Of a DNA stretch of 64,000 nucleotides, positions 22,581 through 36,551 are shown in pieces. Origin of the DNA: Nemertoderma westbladi. Lineage: Eukaryota > Animalia > Xenacoelomorpha. Position 1 is the first letter of the stretch. Each line of letters begins with the position of its first letter. The stretch spans positions 1 to 64,000 of the forward strand of contig JAUCBJ010004969.1 of the NCBI GenBank assembly GCA_032718475.1. Direction: 5' to 3'. A program made the translations under genes and the position numbers. Under the pieces are notes generated by a model. It did not search any database. It was not told where the DNA came from and worked only from the letters and a program-made list of their open reading frames with translations.

Positions 22581-23230
22581 AATCAATCAAAGAAAGGTGG
22601 ACAGTACGTGTTCACCCCTTTTAATCTCCCCCCCCCCCACCCTTCCCAACCACCAATACATAACCGCGACATCTACCACCCACGGAAGGGTAGCACGAAC
22701 TTATTTCCAATCGCACGTTAAATATGCAAAGCCAGGTGGTTTATAGGAATATAATAAACGCAGTACTCGTTTTCATTATAAGCCTCTTTGCGTTCGTCCT
22801 GTTTTGTATTTAAATATATTTCTTAAACGCAAGCTAGGACGATCTTTATAATAATAATAACTAGGGATGCGATCAATATGTGAAGCCAGGTGGTTTATAT
22901 AATAATTTAGTCAACGCAGTACTCGTCTTCATTATATGCCTCGTTGCGCTCGTCGCTTGTCCTGTTTTGTCATAAAATATTTTTCCTAAACGCAGACTGA
23001 CGATCTTTATACAGTTATAACTATGCGAAGTTTCGAAACTGTGCGAGTAACTGTTGATACATCTATGTGGAGATGTGTGATATGTGGAGATGTGTGATAC
23101 AACGCCAACGCATCTTATGCCGATGTAGTAATATGGGTATTGAAATAATATTAAATCAATGTACACTCTTAAAGCTGCAGCGAAAAAATGTAGCTAATTT
23201 CCTAGGTTACATATAAAATAATAATATTAT
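22581..23230 (+). repeat. Interspersed repeat with internal ~130-150-bp sub-repeats, copy 1 (copy 2 at 50553-51160)
   Basis: AATCAATCAAAGAAAGG...GTGTTCACCCC...CTTAAAGCTGCAGCGAAAAAATGTAG shared with 50553-51160 in the same orientation. Confidence 0.8.
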
Positions 23231-23952
23231 TTTTAAGAACATTAATTTTACTACTTTGCAAAAATTCAATTAAAAAATAACCAGACATATACATTGTGGA
23301 ATAAACTATTTCAGAAGCCTACAACAGCCATGCCATGGATTGTATTTATGTTATTATATCTGTCATTTAACTGAGATAGCAATAGTAGTAATAGTCGAAC
23401 GGTTATGCGGCCCGTCCAGCCTATAATAAACACAATTCAGTGATTGGGCTGGAATAGCAATACTGGTTGCCTCTATTACAATTCCTCTCAGGTTAGTCTA
23501 CAGCCACAACTCCCAGCAGCTAGCTCCACACCAGCAGAGACTTGACCAATAATGGGAAGGATTAAATTTGTACTCAATAATTGTGCGGTTTAATTACGTT
23601 TAGATCAATTAAAGACACATTTATTAAAGCAAATCACTTAAACTAATTAAAAACTATAATAGAATGGCGTATGGGGATTATATCTGTATAATTTTTAAGT
23701 ATAATTATTTAAATCTTATACTGTAAAACAATTAATTTCCTTTAAAAGGCAGGTTGAAAATGGCGTTTTCACCGCAATCAACTTAATTAACTAATTAACT
23801 GCTATTATCTGAGCTTCTCGAAGGCCACACGGAAATTCTACTTGGAAAATTTCTAAACTTTTGCCAAACAACATGTGTACCAAGTTTGGATAGATTTCAT
23901 CAAAGAATGGCCGAGTTATTAACGTTTAAAATTGAACACGACAGAACGACAG

Positions 23953-24875
23953 TTGCTAAGTTAGTTTAACCGCTGTTCTAACGTTTGTTCCTCAGTTAGT
24001 GTAACCGCTGTTCTAATGTTTGTTCCTCAGTTAGTTTAACCGCTGTCCTAACCTTTGTTCCTCAGTTAGTTTAACCGCTGTCCTAATCTTTGTTCCTCAG
24101 TTAGTTTATCCGGTGTTCTAGCGTTTGTTCCTAAGTTAGTCTAACCGCTGTTCTAACGTTTTGTTCCTCAGTTAGTTTAACAGCTATCCTAATATTTGTT
24201 CATCAGTTAATTAAACTGTTGTTCCTCTGTTATTTTGATTGGTGTCGTAAACTTTGTTCCTCAGTTATTTTAACCGCTGTCTTAACCTTTGTTCCTAATG
24301 GATGGCGTAACACTTGTTCCTCAGTTAGTTTACATGCTTCTAGTTCTAATCTTTGTTCCTCAGTTAGTTTAACTGCTTTCCTAATCTTTGTTCCTCAGTT
24401 AGTTTAACTGCTTTCCTAATCTTTGTTCCTCAGTTAGTTTAACTGCTTTCCTAATCTTTGTTCCTCAGTTAGTTTAACTGCTTTCCTAATCTTTGTTCCT
24501 CAGTTAGTTTAACTGCTTTCCTAATCTTTGTTCCTTTGTTACTTTAAGAGCTGTTCTAACTTTTGTTCCTTAGTTATTTTAACTGCGCTGTCCTAACCTT
24601 TGTTCATCAGTTTTAACAGCTGTAACCTTTGTTCCCCAGTTAGTTTTATCGGTGTTCTAACATTTTTTTTTTGAGTTAGTTTAATCGCTGTCGTAACCTT
24701 TGTTTCTCTTTTAGTTTAAGTGTTGTCCTAACCTTTGTTACCCACTTAGTTGAACCGTTGTCGTAACCTTTCTTCCTCAGTTAGTTTAATCGGTGTTCTA
24801 ACCTTTTATTTCTGAGTAAATTTAATCGCAGTTGTATCCTTTGGTCCACATTTAGTTTAACTTTTGCTTAGTTTA
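23953..24875 (+). repeat. 35-bp satellite array (TTTGTTCCTCAGTTAGTTTAACCGCTGTTCTAACG)n
   Basis: About 26 head-to-tail diverged units with no unique spacers. Confidence 0.95.
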
Positions 24876-25200
24876 ACCAGGCAGAAATACGGGATTATAG
24901 TGTTTTCTACAACACTGTATAATAGTTATTCTTTGAGGCATGGTTGCCTTTTCTGGCAGAGCACGGCAATAACGAAGTTGTACTTTCCTTTGAGTGATTA
25001 GTTGGCTTAAATATGATGTCGCATTCCATAGCGAAATATTCATTCGGTGTTGTAGCTTAGTATACTCACCCGGCTGATAACCAGAAGTTTGAAACCTAGG
25101 CACCGGGTTCGAGACCCAATATAGCCGGTTGATATTTTTCCCTATGGAGAGCATTATTGTATTGTCTTGTTTACATTGTATATTTATATTTTTGTTATAG

Positions 25201-26443
25201 AATGGCAGCAATAATTGGCCTTGCTGACGTTTTGTCGGCGAGGACAAGAGTAGAGGATTGTTTCCTGGAATGTCGAGTCGTGCACGTTTTAAATGGATTA
25301 AAATCAAAGAAATTGAATAAATCTACGGCTGCTAAAGCAGCTAAAAAGGCTAGGCCTAATTATAACACAATGGTGTATTTCTTGTAAGTATTTAATATTC
25401 ATTACGTTATTAGTTTTATGTTTTTTTCTGTAATTTTTCGCTAGTGAGATTCGTAGTAAGTCATTGAAGGGGATACTTCATGTGTTGGTAGACCTGGGTA
25501 TTTGTGAGATTTCCCGTTTCCTCGGAGTTACGCATGTTTCTTTTCATTTTGTCTTTTTTCTTACTCTCAATGTAGTGATGAAATGTAGATGAAATATACT
25601 GTATGGAAGTTGTACATATTCCATTTTTGATTATTATCAATATTTCTAATTGGAGTAATAGTTATGGAAATTAAAAGTAATTTTTATATGCTAATCTGTA
25701 AGTGTATTCTATTTTGCAGTATTTAAAATCGATGGATTTTTTTTAAATCGAAGTTTTTTTGAATTGAAGTTTACAAATGTTAGAACTGCAGTGATATTTT
25801 TTGATATAATAATCTTTAATAAATTTATGTAGCGTAGGTGTGTTGGCTTTTGCTAATTAATTTATCGAAATATGTTTTGCTCTAACGCAGCAGTTTTTCC
25901 TTTTGTGAGGCTTAATTTTATTTGAAATTATTTTGTTTTATTTTTGATGAGATACCTAAATAATACGCATCATATCTTGATAGTTTTTTATTTTTTATAA
26001 ATAGAAGTTACTTTTTTTGGAAAGACTCTTAATTTGAAAATTTTTAAATTTCCATACGTGTGTTTCTATTTTTTTATTTATTATATCATGTCTATTATTT
26101 GTGGAATTTCTTATATGGTCATGTACTTTTGAAAAATATATTTTATTTTAAATAAATTTTTTTCAGAGATTTGACATCATCGATGATGTTTATTGTTATA
26201 AATCATGGCAACGAGCAGAGTCGCAATTTATTTCAACCCAATGTGGGTGTGGGAACTAAGATCCGATTGTACGAGCCTGCATTTAGAGGCGATACCTCCC
26301 ACAAACTACCGATATTAGTAGTGGTTATGAAGCCTGTCCGTATTATTATGACCATGCAACCTCTTCCTGAAGTACCTATAACCGCTTTGGTGGAAAAGAT
26401 GACACCCTTTAGTGTCCATGTTGAACATCTAGTATTGCGAGGT
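25201..26443 (+). CDS. Spliced gene fragment, OB-fold-like protein (exons 25201-25383 and 26167-26443)
   Basis: tatAG|AATG acceptor, TTCTT|GTAAGT donor, tttcAG|AGAT acceptor, GGT|GTAAGT donor. The join is in frame: ...CRVVHVL...TMVYFL-DLTSSMMFIVIN...GVGTKIRLYEP. Confidence 0.6.
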
Positions 26444-26647
26444 GTAAGTTCAGTTAATTGTTGTACATTTCAATTTTAACTACATTATTAAAATATAAAT
26501 TATTTTTATATTTATTTAATAACCATACTAATTACTATATAATTATAACTATATAATATTTAATATAAATTTTTATTAAATTTTTCAATGGATATTTTAT
26601 ATTTGAAGTTAAATTGAAGAAATATTAACATAATCCATAATCCTAAG

Positions 26648-27534
26648 CTTTGTTCATCAGTTAGTTTAAACGCTGTTCTAATATTTGTTCCTCAGTTAGT
26701 TTAACTGCTGTTCAAACGTTTGTTCCTACTGTTAGTGTAACGTTTGTTCCTCAGTTAGTTTATCCGCTGTTCTAACGTTTGATCCTCTGTTAGTGTAACC
26801 GTTGTTCTAACGTTTCTTCCTCAGTTAGTGTAAACGCTGTTCTAACGTTTGTTCCTCAGTTAGTTTAACCGCTGTTCAAACGTTTGTTCCTCAGTTAATG
26901 TAACCGTTGTTCTAACGTTTTACTCGGTTATTTTAACCGCTGTTTTAATGTTTGTTTCTCAGTTAGTTTAAGCGCTGTTGAAACGTTTGTTCCTCAGTTA
27001 GTGTAACCGCTGTTCTAACGTTTCTTCCTCAGTTAGTGTAAACGCTGTTCTAACGTTTGTTCCTCAGTTAGTTTAACCGCTGTTCAAACGTTTGTTCCTC
27101 AGTTAGTGTAACCGTTGTTCTAACGTTTTTCTAGGTTATTTTAACCGCTGTTTTAATGTTTGTTCCTCAGTTAGTGTAACCGCTGTTCTAACGTTTGTTC
27201 CGCAGTTAGTCTAACCGTTGTTCTAACGTTTGTTCCTCAGTTAGTTTAACAGCTGTCCTAATCTTTGTTCCTCAGTTAGTTTAACCGCTGTTCAAACTTT
27301 TGTTTCTCAGTTAGTGTAACCGTTGTTCTAACGTTTGTTCCTCAGTTAGTGTAACCGCTGTTGTAACGTTTGTTGCTAAGTTAGTTTAACCGCTGTTCTA
27401 ACGTTTGTTCCTCAGTTAGTGTAACCGCTGTTCTAACATTTGTTCCTCAGTTAGTTTAACCACTGTCCTAACCTTTGTTCCTCAGTAAGTTTAACCGCTG
27501 TCCTAATCTTTGTTCCTCAGTTAATTTATCCTCA
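26648..27534 (+). repeat. Second array of the same 35-bp satellite
   Basis: About 25 units, same consensus and orientation as 23953-24875. Confidence 0.95.
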
Positions 27535-27910
27535 GTCACAACAACCTGTTATCGAACCAACCTCACAACCCCCCCCCCCCCCCCCCCCCCCCTTTCGTAA
27601 CAAAGAAGGTAGTAGTTACTCTAGTTAGTAACTCGGTGTCACTCTTTAGAGTGTCATGAAATGATTTATTAATTTTCCAAAATATATATGAGTGAAGGCG
27701 ATGCTATCAGTTTGTGATAAACTACTTGTAAAAACAGAGATCCATTTCAGTTTGCCCTTACACAATTTAACTGTCATTTGTAAACCTTCTAACTAGGACT
27801 ATTTAAGTTAAGTTTCTTATGACATTTTTAGTTTTACAATTCTCTTATCCTTCATTAGTCTTGTTGCGCTAGTCCTGTTTTGTCTTAAAATAATTTTGTG
27901 TTATATTCAG

Positions 27911-28262
27911 ATAATGGGACTAACTTCGTGGGTGCGGAGAATGAGTTAGCCGAAGCTCTCGACATCCTGGAGGGAGATGATGTCAGGGCGGTGATGAGGA
28001 AACACCTTATAAGGTGGGAGATAAACTAAAAACCCATATTAAAATACATTTTGCACAGTACAGATGCAACTGTTGCCGGACCTGGTCCTCCGAAAAGAAG
28101 ACGATGGTTGGTCATCTGGCTTCATGCTACTATGGGGGGACCGTATTTACTTACGTAAATGAGCCAGCCGATTGTCCCTGCGGAATCGCTCACCCTATCA
28201 TCCATTTCAAACCACAAATGCTACAATCGTCTTTTTTCGTGGAAACACAAAACTCCAGCTAA
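27911..28262 (+). pseudogene. Degenerate zinc-finger-like coding segment
   Basis: LKTHIKIH...YRCNCC...MVGHLASC...CPCG. Acceptor-like tattcAG at 27909-27910. Confidence 0.35.
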
Positions 28263-28439
28263 CTCCCAGTCATCCCCATCAACTCTACTCCGGAACAAGC
28301 CAGCGGCGGTGGCTCCAATAACAAACCATCAACATCGCGAGATTATAACTCTATTTCCCCAAACAATCCCTTTCAACCTCCCACCAACGGAAGCGCACAC
28401 GGATGACTATTTACATATAACAATGATCTCTCCGAAACA

Positions 28440-29110
28440 TCACTCAACTTTGAACTAACTTTAAACGAAAATTTTTAACATATCCAAGAACATGTTAGTA
28501 ACCATTTACATACTGCTTTGGGGTCTTTAGAGTCTGGCTTACAATTAACTTCATAATGGAACGCGAAACCAGTGAGGGTTTTCAAATTGACTCCTGTTTT
28601 AAATCTAGCGGTAACAATAACCAAATTCTAGATCTGGCGCTGTCAACCATATTGATCAGCTATTAAGTGTGTTTCTCTGCCTCGGCTCGGGTTGGCGCAT
28701 AATAGCTATCGAGCAAATAACTATTGAGATTGCGTGATCCCAACGCAACCCCTATTTAAAGGGTCAAGGCTTTAATAATTCTAAAATATTATTAAATAAA
28801 CAATGTACCGTAAGCATAGACTGCCCGCTGTGGGATTGCTTTAAATACACTGTATTGGCCGCCGCGAATTATAAGAAAATTTATAGAAAAAAAAATAATA
28901 TCAAAAGAATATCAACATATAATCCTTTCTTAAAGATGTTTGATTTTTCCTATTTAAGTTTTCCAGTTAACAGAGTTAGAGTGACTGGTATTCCCCAGTT
29001 TCTGAAAGCAAACCCTTTATACTGTATAAACATTTTATATTAGAGTAATACTGAAGAACTGTCCATTCTAAGTCAACCAGAACCGATGAGGTTGTCTACG
29101 TGTTTTACAA
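28440..29110 (+). pseudogene. Degenerate N-terminal region of a Polinton/Maverick-like protein-primed PolB
   Basis: GSGWRIIAIEQITIEI...DCFKYTVLAA...RISTYNPF..FDFSYLSFPV...IPQFLKANPLYCINIL matches the SGW / CF.W.ILA / I.FPV / FEK.N..INV pattern upstream of these polymerases. Confidence 0.65.
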
Positions 29111-30370
29111 CAACCTCCCCTGTATCATAAACTCATCAACTCTCTACAAAAAGGAATATCTATCGCGATTCGGAGATTCTATCGCTTACTTCAGAGTCGC
29201 GGTTTCTACGGACAGGAACCGCATTGCCTCGTGAACCTATAGGGGTGGGTCGGTGACTGTCTGGGAGTGGGAAGCGACCGGTTGGAGGGTCGTAATAATA
29301 TATTTTAATCTTAATAATAAGTATTCAACATCAATTATTTTATAAGTCTTGTCAATGTATACGATTGCTAAAGACTACAGAGCTAACTTTAGGATAATCT
29401 GCTTTATATTTTTAGAATTATTATAATTAATTTTGTTATGTTTATAATGAATTGTATCTTTTGACAAACTAATTGATGGGGGGGGGGGGGGGGGGGGCAA
29501 TCAATATTCTCCCCTCCACAGGTGAAAATCTACACAAATAACAGCTTGTTTACTACTAAAATAAAACTGCATCCTGTTCTATAGGAAAAAAACATTATAG
29601 GGGAAATTTTAGCAAATTGTGTTTATTTTAGCCGATAGACAAGATTACATGTTTACCAAGTTTGGTATAATTTAGTCAGAGATTGAAAGAGTTACGATTT
29701 TAATGAGTTACATTATTTTGTTCCTCTAAGACAGACGATTTCTGCAAATGTATCATACAGTCAGCAAGATATTGGAAATAAAAGTAAATTGAAATTGTGC
29801 AATTATACTTCTAAACCTTTATGAACTGAATAAAATTAACTGGAGTAGAGCAATTATATTTGACACCTTTATGAACTGAGTAAAAAAGTACCTTGAATTA
29901 CTGCAATTATACTTGCTTGAGTAAAGCAATTATATTTGGCAACTTTATGAACTGAGTAAAAAAGTAACTTGAATTACTGCAATTATACTTAATACCTTTA
30001 TGAAATGTGTAAAAGTAACTGAAAGTAAAGCAATTATACTTGATACCTATATGAACTGAATTCGTATAATTGTATTGCATTTATTATATGTATATATGTG
30101 AAAATGATTGCACAAATATTTTAAGGTATGAATATGATTTTAATTTAATTATAATTGAATATTTGCATAGTAAATTTAAGTAATTAAGTGAAGGAAGGCC
30201 TGTGTGTAAGAATGACATTAAAAAAGTGGCACAGTGGAATAAGAGTAACATCAGTACAGTATGTGAGGTGTGAAAGTACTAGGAGCGCTTATAAAATTAA
30301 AATTGAACTACAAGATACGAGTTGTTTCATGCCAGTAACTACTGGGTAGAACTGAGTTATGAGTTCACAA

Positions 30371-32381
30371 AAAAAAAAAAAATTCAAATTCAGAAGTGCC
30401 GAAATGACCTTCATAAGGCGCAGAAAGAGTCCCGACTCAAACAGACTACAGCGGCCAAGAATGCAGTTAAAGCTGCATCTAGGTCCCTGAACAGGCAGTA
30501 CTCTGTTAATCTACAGGAGCTAATAAACCAACAGGTTGATGCCATCAATGATGCTGACGACAGCAGGCAATCATCCCAGGCATGGAAATCGATCAATCTG
30601 CTTACTGGGCGGAAAAGCCAACCAACCACCAAGGTTAAGGCTGAATCACCAGCCGATCGCCTCAATGGTTGGAAAGCCCACTTTGAAAAGCTCCTCAATA
30701 ATGACAGGGTATTTCCTGATAACTTTATAGAAGTAAAAGTATCTGAGTCTGTACTCCCAGATATTCCCATTGGCGATATCTCCTTTGCAGAAGTGAAGGC
30801 TGCTGCAAAGAGCATTAAGACCAATCGTGCCAGTGGAGTAGATGGTGTTCCCCCTGAGGTCTTTAAAATACGTTATAAGTACGAAATAAATACGAAATAA
30901 GTTTAAAGCTCATCTATCCCATCATAGTAGACATGTACCGTACAACAAGAGTCCCACAAGAAATGAAAACAAATAAGTTGGTGCCAGTTCCCAAGAAGGG
31001 CAACCTAACACTCTATGGTTCTTTTCGGGGAATCTCATTGATCTCGATTGCTGCAAAACTATACAATAGAATTCTATTAAATCGCATCAGGGATCCCATT
31101 GAGAGACTGCTACGTGGAAATCAGAATGGGTTCCGTAAAGGTCGTGGGACCATGGAGCCCATTTTGGCACTTAGAAGGATAATTGAAGAGTTATCAAAAA
31201 AGAAAGACAGGCATCTGGCTGTTATCTTTGTTGACTTCTTCAAGGCCTTTGATTCAGTCTCTCGCTCACGTATGTTCAGCATACTTTCATTATATGGGAT
31301 TCCTGATGAAATTATTGCAGCAATCAGATCAGTATACGATGGTTCGACAACATTTGTGTCTACTGTTGATGGTGACACAGAACCATTTGAAGTGTTATGG
31401 GGCGTCCTCCAAGGAGACACACTTGCACCATTCTTGTTCATTATTGTGGTTGACTATGTTCTACGCATGTCCTTAGATCATCATAATGATGATGGGGTGA
31501 TGATAACTCCACCTACTGGCTCCAGAAGTCGAGGAAATCCTGCCAAGTACCTAACTGATCTAGACTTTGCTGATGACTTAGGAGTACTCTCAGAATCATT
31601 AGAGGGAGCCCAGCGGCTCCTCAGCTCATTAGAACATGCTGCTTCTAGTGTTGGTCTTTTTATTAACTCCAGAAAGACCAAAATTCTGACAGTTAACTTT
31701 GAAAGTCCTCAGCAAGTCTCTGATCGGATGAGCATAAGCTCAAAGGATGGTATGCTTGAGCATGTGGACGACTTCTGTTACCTGGGATCATGGATCCGGA
31801 AGTCAGGTGAGGACCTTCGAATACGTAAGGGAAAGGCATGGGCAGCCGTGAATAGGCTTTCCAGGATTTGGAAGTCACCTAGAATTAATCGGAAACTTAA
31901 GGTCCGATTATTTAGAGCAGCAGTAGTTCCAGTACTCCTCTACGGGAGTCCATGCTGGGCTCTAACTGCTGAGGACACCAAATCTCTGGATGGCTCATTC
32001 ACAAGAATGCTACGCCGGGTACATTGTGTCAAGTACAATGCACACATCTCCAACCAGACACTATATAACATTGGAGGTGTCTCATTGGTTCCCCCAAGCT
32101 TGACACTAGAACAAAATCGCCTCCGCTTTGCAGGACATTGCTTTCGCCGTGAGGACCAGCCAGTGCATAATCTTGTACTTTGGCAGCCTCATGGAGTGAA
32201 TAAGCATGGTGGACAGCCCATGACTTTCTTGAGACGCATCTTAAAGGACACTGGCCTTAAAGATGCGGATGATCTAGCAAATGTCATGGGTGATAGGGAG
32301 TTGTGGCGGTGCAATTTTGTTGACAAGCCGGCACAGCATTCTTAAAAATGCAGCTGCAATGCAGCATGCCGATCCTAGTAG
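30371..32381 (+). mobile_element. 5'-truncated RTE-clade LINE with 13-bp TSD
   Basis: TSD TATGAGTTCACAA at 30358-30370 and 32382-32394. Short TAG-repeat tail. The empty site is visible in sister copies at ~36290-36320 and ~41875-41905. Confidence 0.9.
30385..32345 (+). CDS. RTE reverse transcriptase, frameshifted near 30870-30900
   Basis: ASGVDGVPPE, FRGISLISIAAKLYN, QNGFRKGR, FVDFFKAFDSV, GVLQGDTLAPFLF, DLDFADD, FCYLGS, RLRFAGHCFR. Confidence 0.93.
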
Positions 32382-34097
32382 TATGAGTTCACAACCCAAA
32401 GAGACTTAAATGAATGTGTGAAGTACCGGTACATAATTTAGATAAAAAGGTCAAAGTATCAATAGGAACCAGCGGCCAAACCAAGGGGGTATCATGTGGT
32501 TGTGCAATATATCAGTTTTTACTTTACTTTACTTGCCGTTTTTTCTTACTGTTTTTTACTACCGTTTCTTTTTCTTCAATACCAGTTTTTAATTGCCTTT
32601 TTTTTCGTATTGGTTTTTATTTCCATTTTTTTTAAATAATTCCTGGACTATCGCTAAGCAGCTGAAGTGCTGCTCCGATTCGCCTCAGATTATAAAAACA
32701 TTATTTAATCTCTTGATTGATATAATTATATATATAGATTTTGTAGGTACTGCAGTAGCAGAACCAGTACTGTGGCAATCCACATTTAGCGGCAGTAGTG
32801 TTGTGAAACTGGGATGAGAGTATCTGAAATACAGTAGGAGGTAGCTGTGAGACACGGCCAACTGTTAGTATTACTATTGTAGTATTAATTCGTATAGTAC
32901 TATTGCTGCAGTAATATTACTACAGCTAGCATTACTTGCAATTTAGCTATACTATATATATAAGTATTAGTATATAGTACTATAGCTATAGTACTGTAGC
33001 TATGTTAAATCATGGAAACTGGGCTTTAGATTAGATAAATTAATTATTATGATTAATTAATAATTAGATTAGATTAATTTAAAGTACCACAAGAGTCACA
33101 AGACCACGGTGGGTGCTCTGGGTGGTTGGGTGCTTTCCAGTGCACAATTCCACTGCTTCCAAACCACATAACTGGTGGCTTAACAGCCTAAGTACTGGCC
33201 TACTATGTACTGAACTGATATACAGTACTTTGTAAACATAGGCCTGTCTACCTGTCACATAGGCCTGTATAGTAAAATTCTGAGAATATATGATCAGGTG
33301 ATATAAACTGATTATTAATTCGAATTTGATTAGGCCTAATTCACTGCATTCTGGTGTTACCACAGGACCAAGTTTGTGTGCTACCCACCACTCCCAAATA
33401 GACAATTGACAAACTTTCATAGAGTTGCCTCAAAGAAAGGTCCTTGACACAATCAAAGGTGCAAAGTTCATCGCGACATTGAAAAAGTGCTGTAGGCCAA
33501 TCCGAGCTAGAGGTACCACCAGCGGTACAGGTACATTTCGCCATAATCAAGTACCGGCTGACCGGTAATCCAGAATTATAATACAGTAATATCGGAATAT
33601 GAAAATCAGTCTAAAAACACTGACTGTGTACTGCTGTATGCTACTGCTACGCTACACACTCTGATACTAGGACTATAATAATACAGTATCGGTACCGGCT
33701 GACCGGTAATACCTAATAGCAGTATAGCCTACCTGTAGCAATAGCAGTTGCAGTATAGTGCCTGTCAGCCTGTAGGCTTGTGTTTGTTGAGCTGATTGCA
33801 AGAGTCCCCATATGTGATAGAGCCTGTCACTTCTATGCTATATCAGTTCAGTACATGGTAGGCCAATACTTAGGCTGTTAGGCCACCAGTATTGGTTCTG
33901 AAGTTTGGAAGCAGTGGAATTGTGGTTTGGAAGCAGTGGAATTGTGCACTGGAAGGCACCCAACCACCCAGACCACTCACCGTGGTCTGGTGGTACTTTA
34001 AATTAATCTAATCTAATTATTAATTAATCATAATAATTAATTTATCTAATCTAAAGCCCGGTTTCCATGGTTTAACATACTGTAGCTACTGTACTAA

Positions 34098-34483
34098 GGG
34101 GCCGTCCAAGTATGACGTCTGCACTTTTCCCCAAAATGTTGACCCCCTCCCTCCCCTAAATCAGATGTCATCAGATAGGCGTTGACCACCCCCCCCCCCC
34201 CTCCCCTAAATCAGATTAAAAAAAATTTCGCGTCCTAATCACTGAAACATGGTGACTGGTAACTGAAACAGAAGGTCGTGCTACGGGCCTTCGGGGGCTT
34301 CGAACAATTAAAATAGGCAAGCTATTTACTCTTCTGCTATATCTCTTCTAGCACCTATAAATGAACATGCTGACGTCAGATTTTGGCTGACCCCCTCCCC
34401 TCCCCTCATCAGCACGTCATCAGATTTTCCCAACCCCCCCCCCCCCCCCCCCCAAAGTGCTGACGTCATACTTGGACGGGCCC
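34098..34483. mobile_element. PIF/Harbinger-type MITE
   Basis: TIR GGG(G/C)CCGTCCAAGTATGACGTC at both ends; TAA target duplication at 34095-34097 and 34484-34486. Confidence 0.85.
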
Positions 34484-34523
34484 TAAGCTATATTACTATA
34501 TACTAATACTAATATATATTATA

Positions 34524-35518
34524 CAGTCCCGCTCACCAACAGAGTGCCATCGGATCCGATCGGATCCAACACACTCCGACAGCTTCAAACAAGCACAATG
34601 CTAACCTACGGGGATTTAGTACTGTTTGATTCTGTTGGAGAAAATATTTCCAACAAGTTTAGTCTGTTGGAGCCCATCTGAATCTGTCTGAAATCCGTCT
34701 GAAAGTGTTTGAAATTTCTGTTGGATGTTGTTGGAAGCTATCTGAAGTTGTCTGAAGCTGTTTGAAATTGTCTGAAACTGTTGGAAGTTGTCTGAAGATG
34801 TTTGACGCCATCGGAATTTGTTGGAATTTGCCAATGCCTTACAAAAGCGTAGTTCATTAACAAAATGTCAATCACTTTTACTCTCAATTTGAAGTGATTG
34901 TGAGGGTGTGCTATTGTCAATTATAAACCGAAACAAAGATTTGTTTCATTTAACAATTTTTATTTACATAATTATGTCGTTAATTATATCAATTAATTAA
35001 CTAGAATGCATAAACGAATTCCCCATTTCCCATTCCCCATTCATTTCAATGGTAGCCAACTTGTCTTTCTTGTATTGGGGGTAGACCACTGGTTAGCTTT
35101 CTGCTATTGTGTTATTCAAAGATAGCGGCAGGAATAAAGAGAAATACCGACCTCACTAATGGGCTGTTCCTTCAGGTCAGCTTAAGTTACAGTGTGAATG
35201 TTCAAGGGCGCCGCCAGTGGCCAGTCCACTCTGTCGTTATTGTGGCTTTATGAATGGAGTTCCTTTAGTAGTTTCAAAAGCTTTCATTCTATCTGCGCGC
35301 AAGAAGATGGGAGTTGAGTTGGGGTTGAGTGTGGGTGGAGTGATTGACAGGTTGTTGGAAGTTGTCTGATTCTGTTTGAAACTGTCTGAATCTGTTTGAA
35401 ACTGTCTGAATCTGTTTGAAGTTGTTGGACTGTTGGAGTTTGTCTGAAAGTGTTTGAAGCTGTTGGATCAGATCGGTTCAGATCGGATCCGATGGCACTC
35501 TGTTGGTGAGCTGGACTG
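34524..35518. mobile_element. Tc1/mariner-type MITE
   Basis: TIR CAGTCC(C/A)GCTCACCAACAGAGTGCCATCGGATCCGATC at both ends; TA duplication; internal ~10-bp TGTCTGAA/TGTTGGAA repeats. Confidence 0.85.
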
Positions 35519-36551
35519 TAGCTAAATTGCAAGTACTGCTAGCTGTAGTAATACTACATCAGCAATAGTACTATACTAATTAATACTACAATAGTAATAC
35601 TAACAGTTGGCCGTGTCTCACAGCTACCTCCTACTGTATTTCAGATACTCTCATCCCGGTTTCACAACACTACTGCCACTAAATGTGGAATGCCACAGTA
35701 CTGGTTCTGCTACTGCAGTACCTACAAAATATATATATATAATTATATCAATCAAGAGATTAAATAATATTTTTATAATCTGAGGCGAATCGGAGCAGCA
35801 CTTAAGCTGCTTAGCGATAGTCCAGGCATTATTAAAAAAAAATGGAAAGAAAAACCAATACGAAAAAAAAGGCAATTAAAAACTGGTATTGAAGAAAAAG
35901 ATAGGGTAGTAAAAAACCGCAAGAAAAAGGCAAGTAAATCATGGTAATTAAAAAGGAAAGTCAAAACTTTTATAGGCAATAAAGTAAAAATGAATAGTAA
36001 AAACCAGGTAAAAAAAGGCATTTAAAAACTGGTGATAAAATAAGAATGTAAAAACTAATAATAAAGAAATGGGAAGAAAACCAGTAAGAAAAAACGGCAA
36101 GTAAAGTCTGGTAGGCCTAATAGAAAATTAAAGTAAAAACTGGAAATTTGTAATAGAAAAGGAAAGTAAAAACTGATAGATTGCTCAACCACTGATACCT
36201 CCTTGGTTTGGCCGCTGGTTCCTATTGCTACTTCGATCTTTCTATCTAAACCATGTATGTACCTGTACTTCACACATTCATTTAAGTCTCTTTGGGTTGT
36301 GAACTCATAACTCAGTTCTACCCGGTAGTTACTGGTATGATTTCTTGTAGTTCAATTTTAATTTTAATAGCGCTCATAGTACTTTCACACCTCACATACT
36401 GTACTGATGTTACTCTTATTCCACTGTGCCACTGTTTTAGTAGCATTCTTACAGGTAGGCCTTCATTAACTTAATTAGTTAAATTTACTGTGCAAATTTT
36501 CAATTATAATTAAATTAAAATCGTATTCATACCTTAAAATAATTGTGCTGT

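Noticed and set aside
23953-27534. 35-bp repeats as a CRISPR array
   Set aside because: Units are head-to-tail with no unique spacers, there are no cas genes, and the context is eukaryotic.
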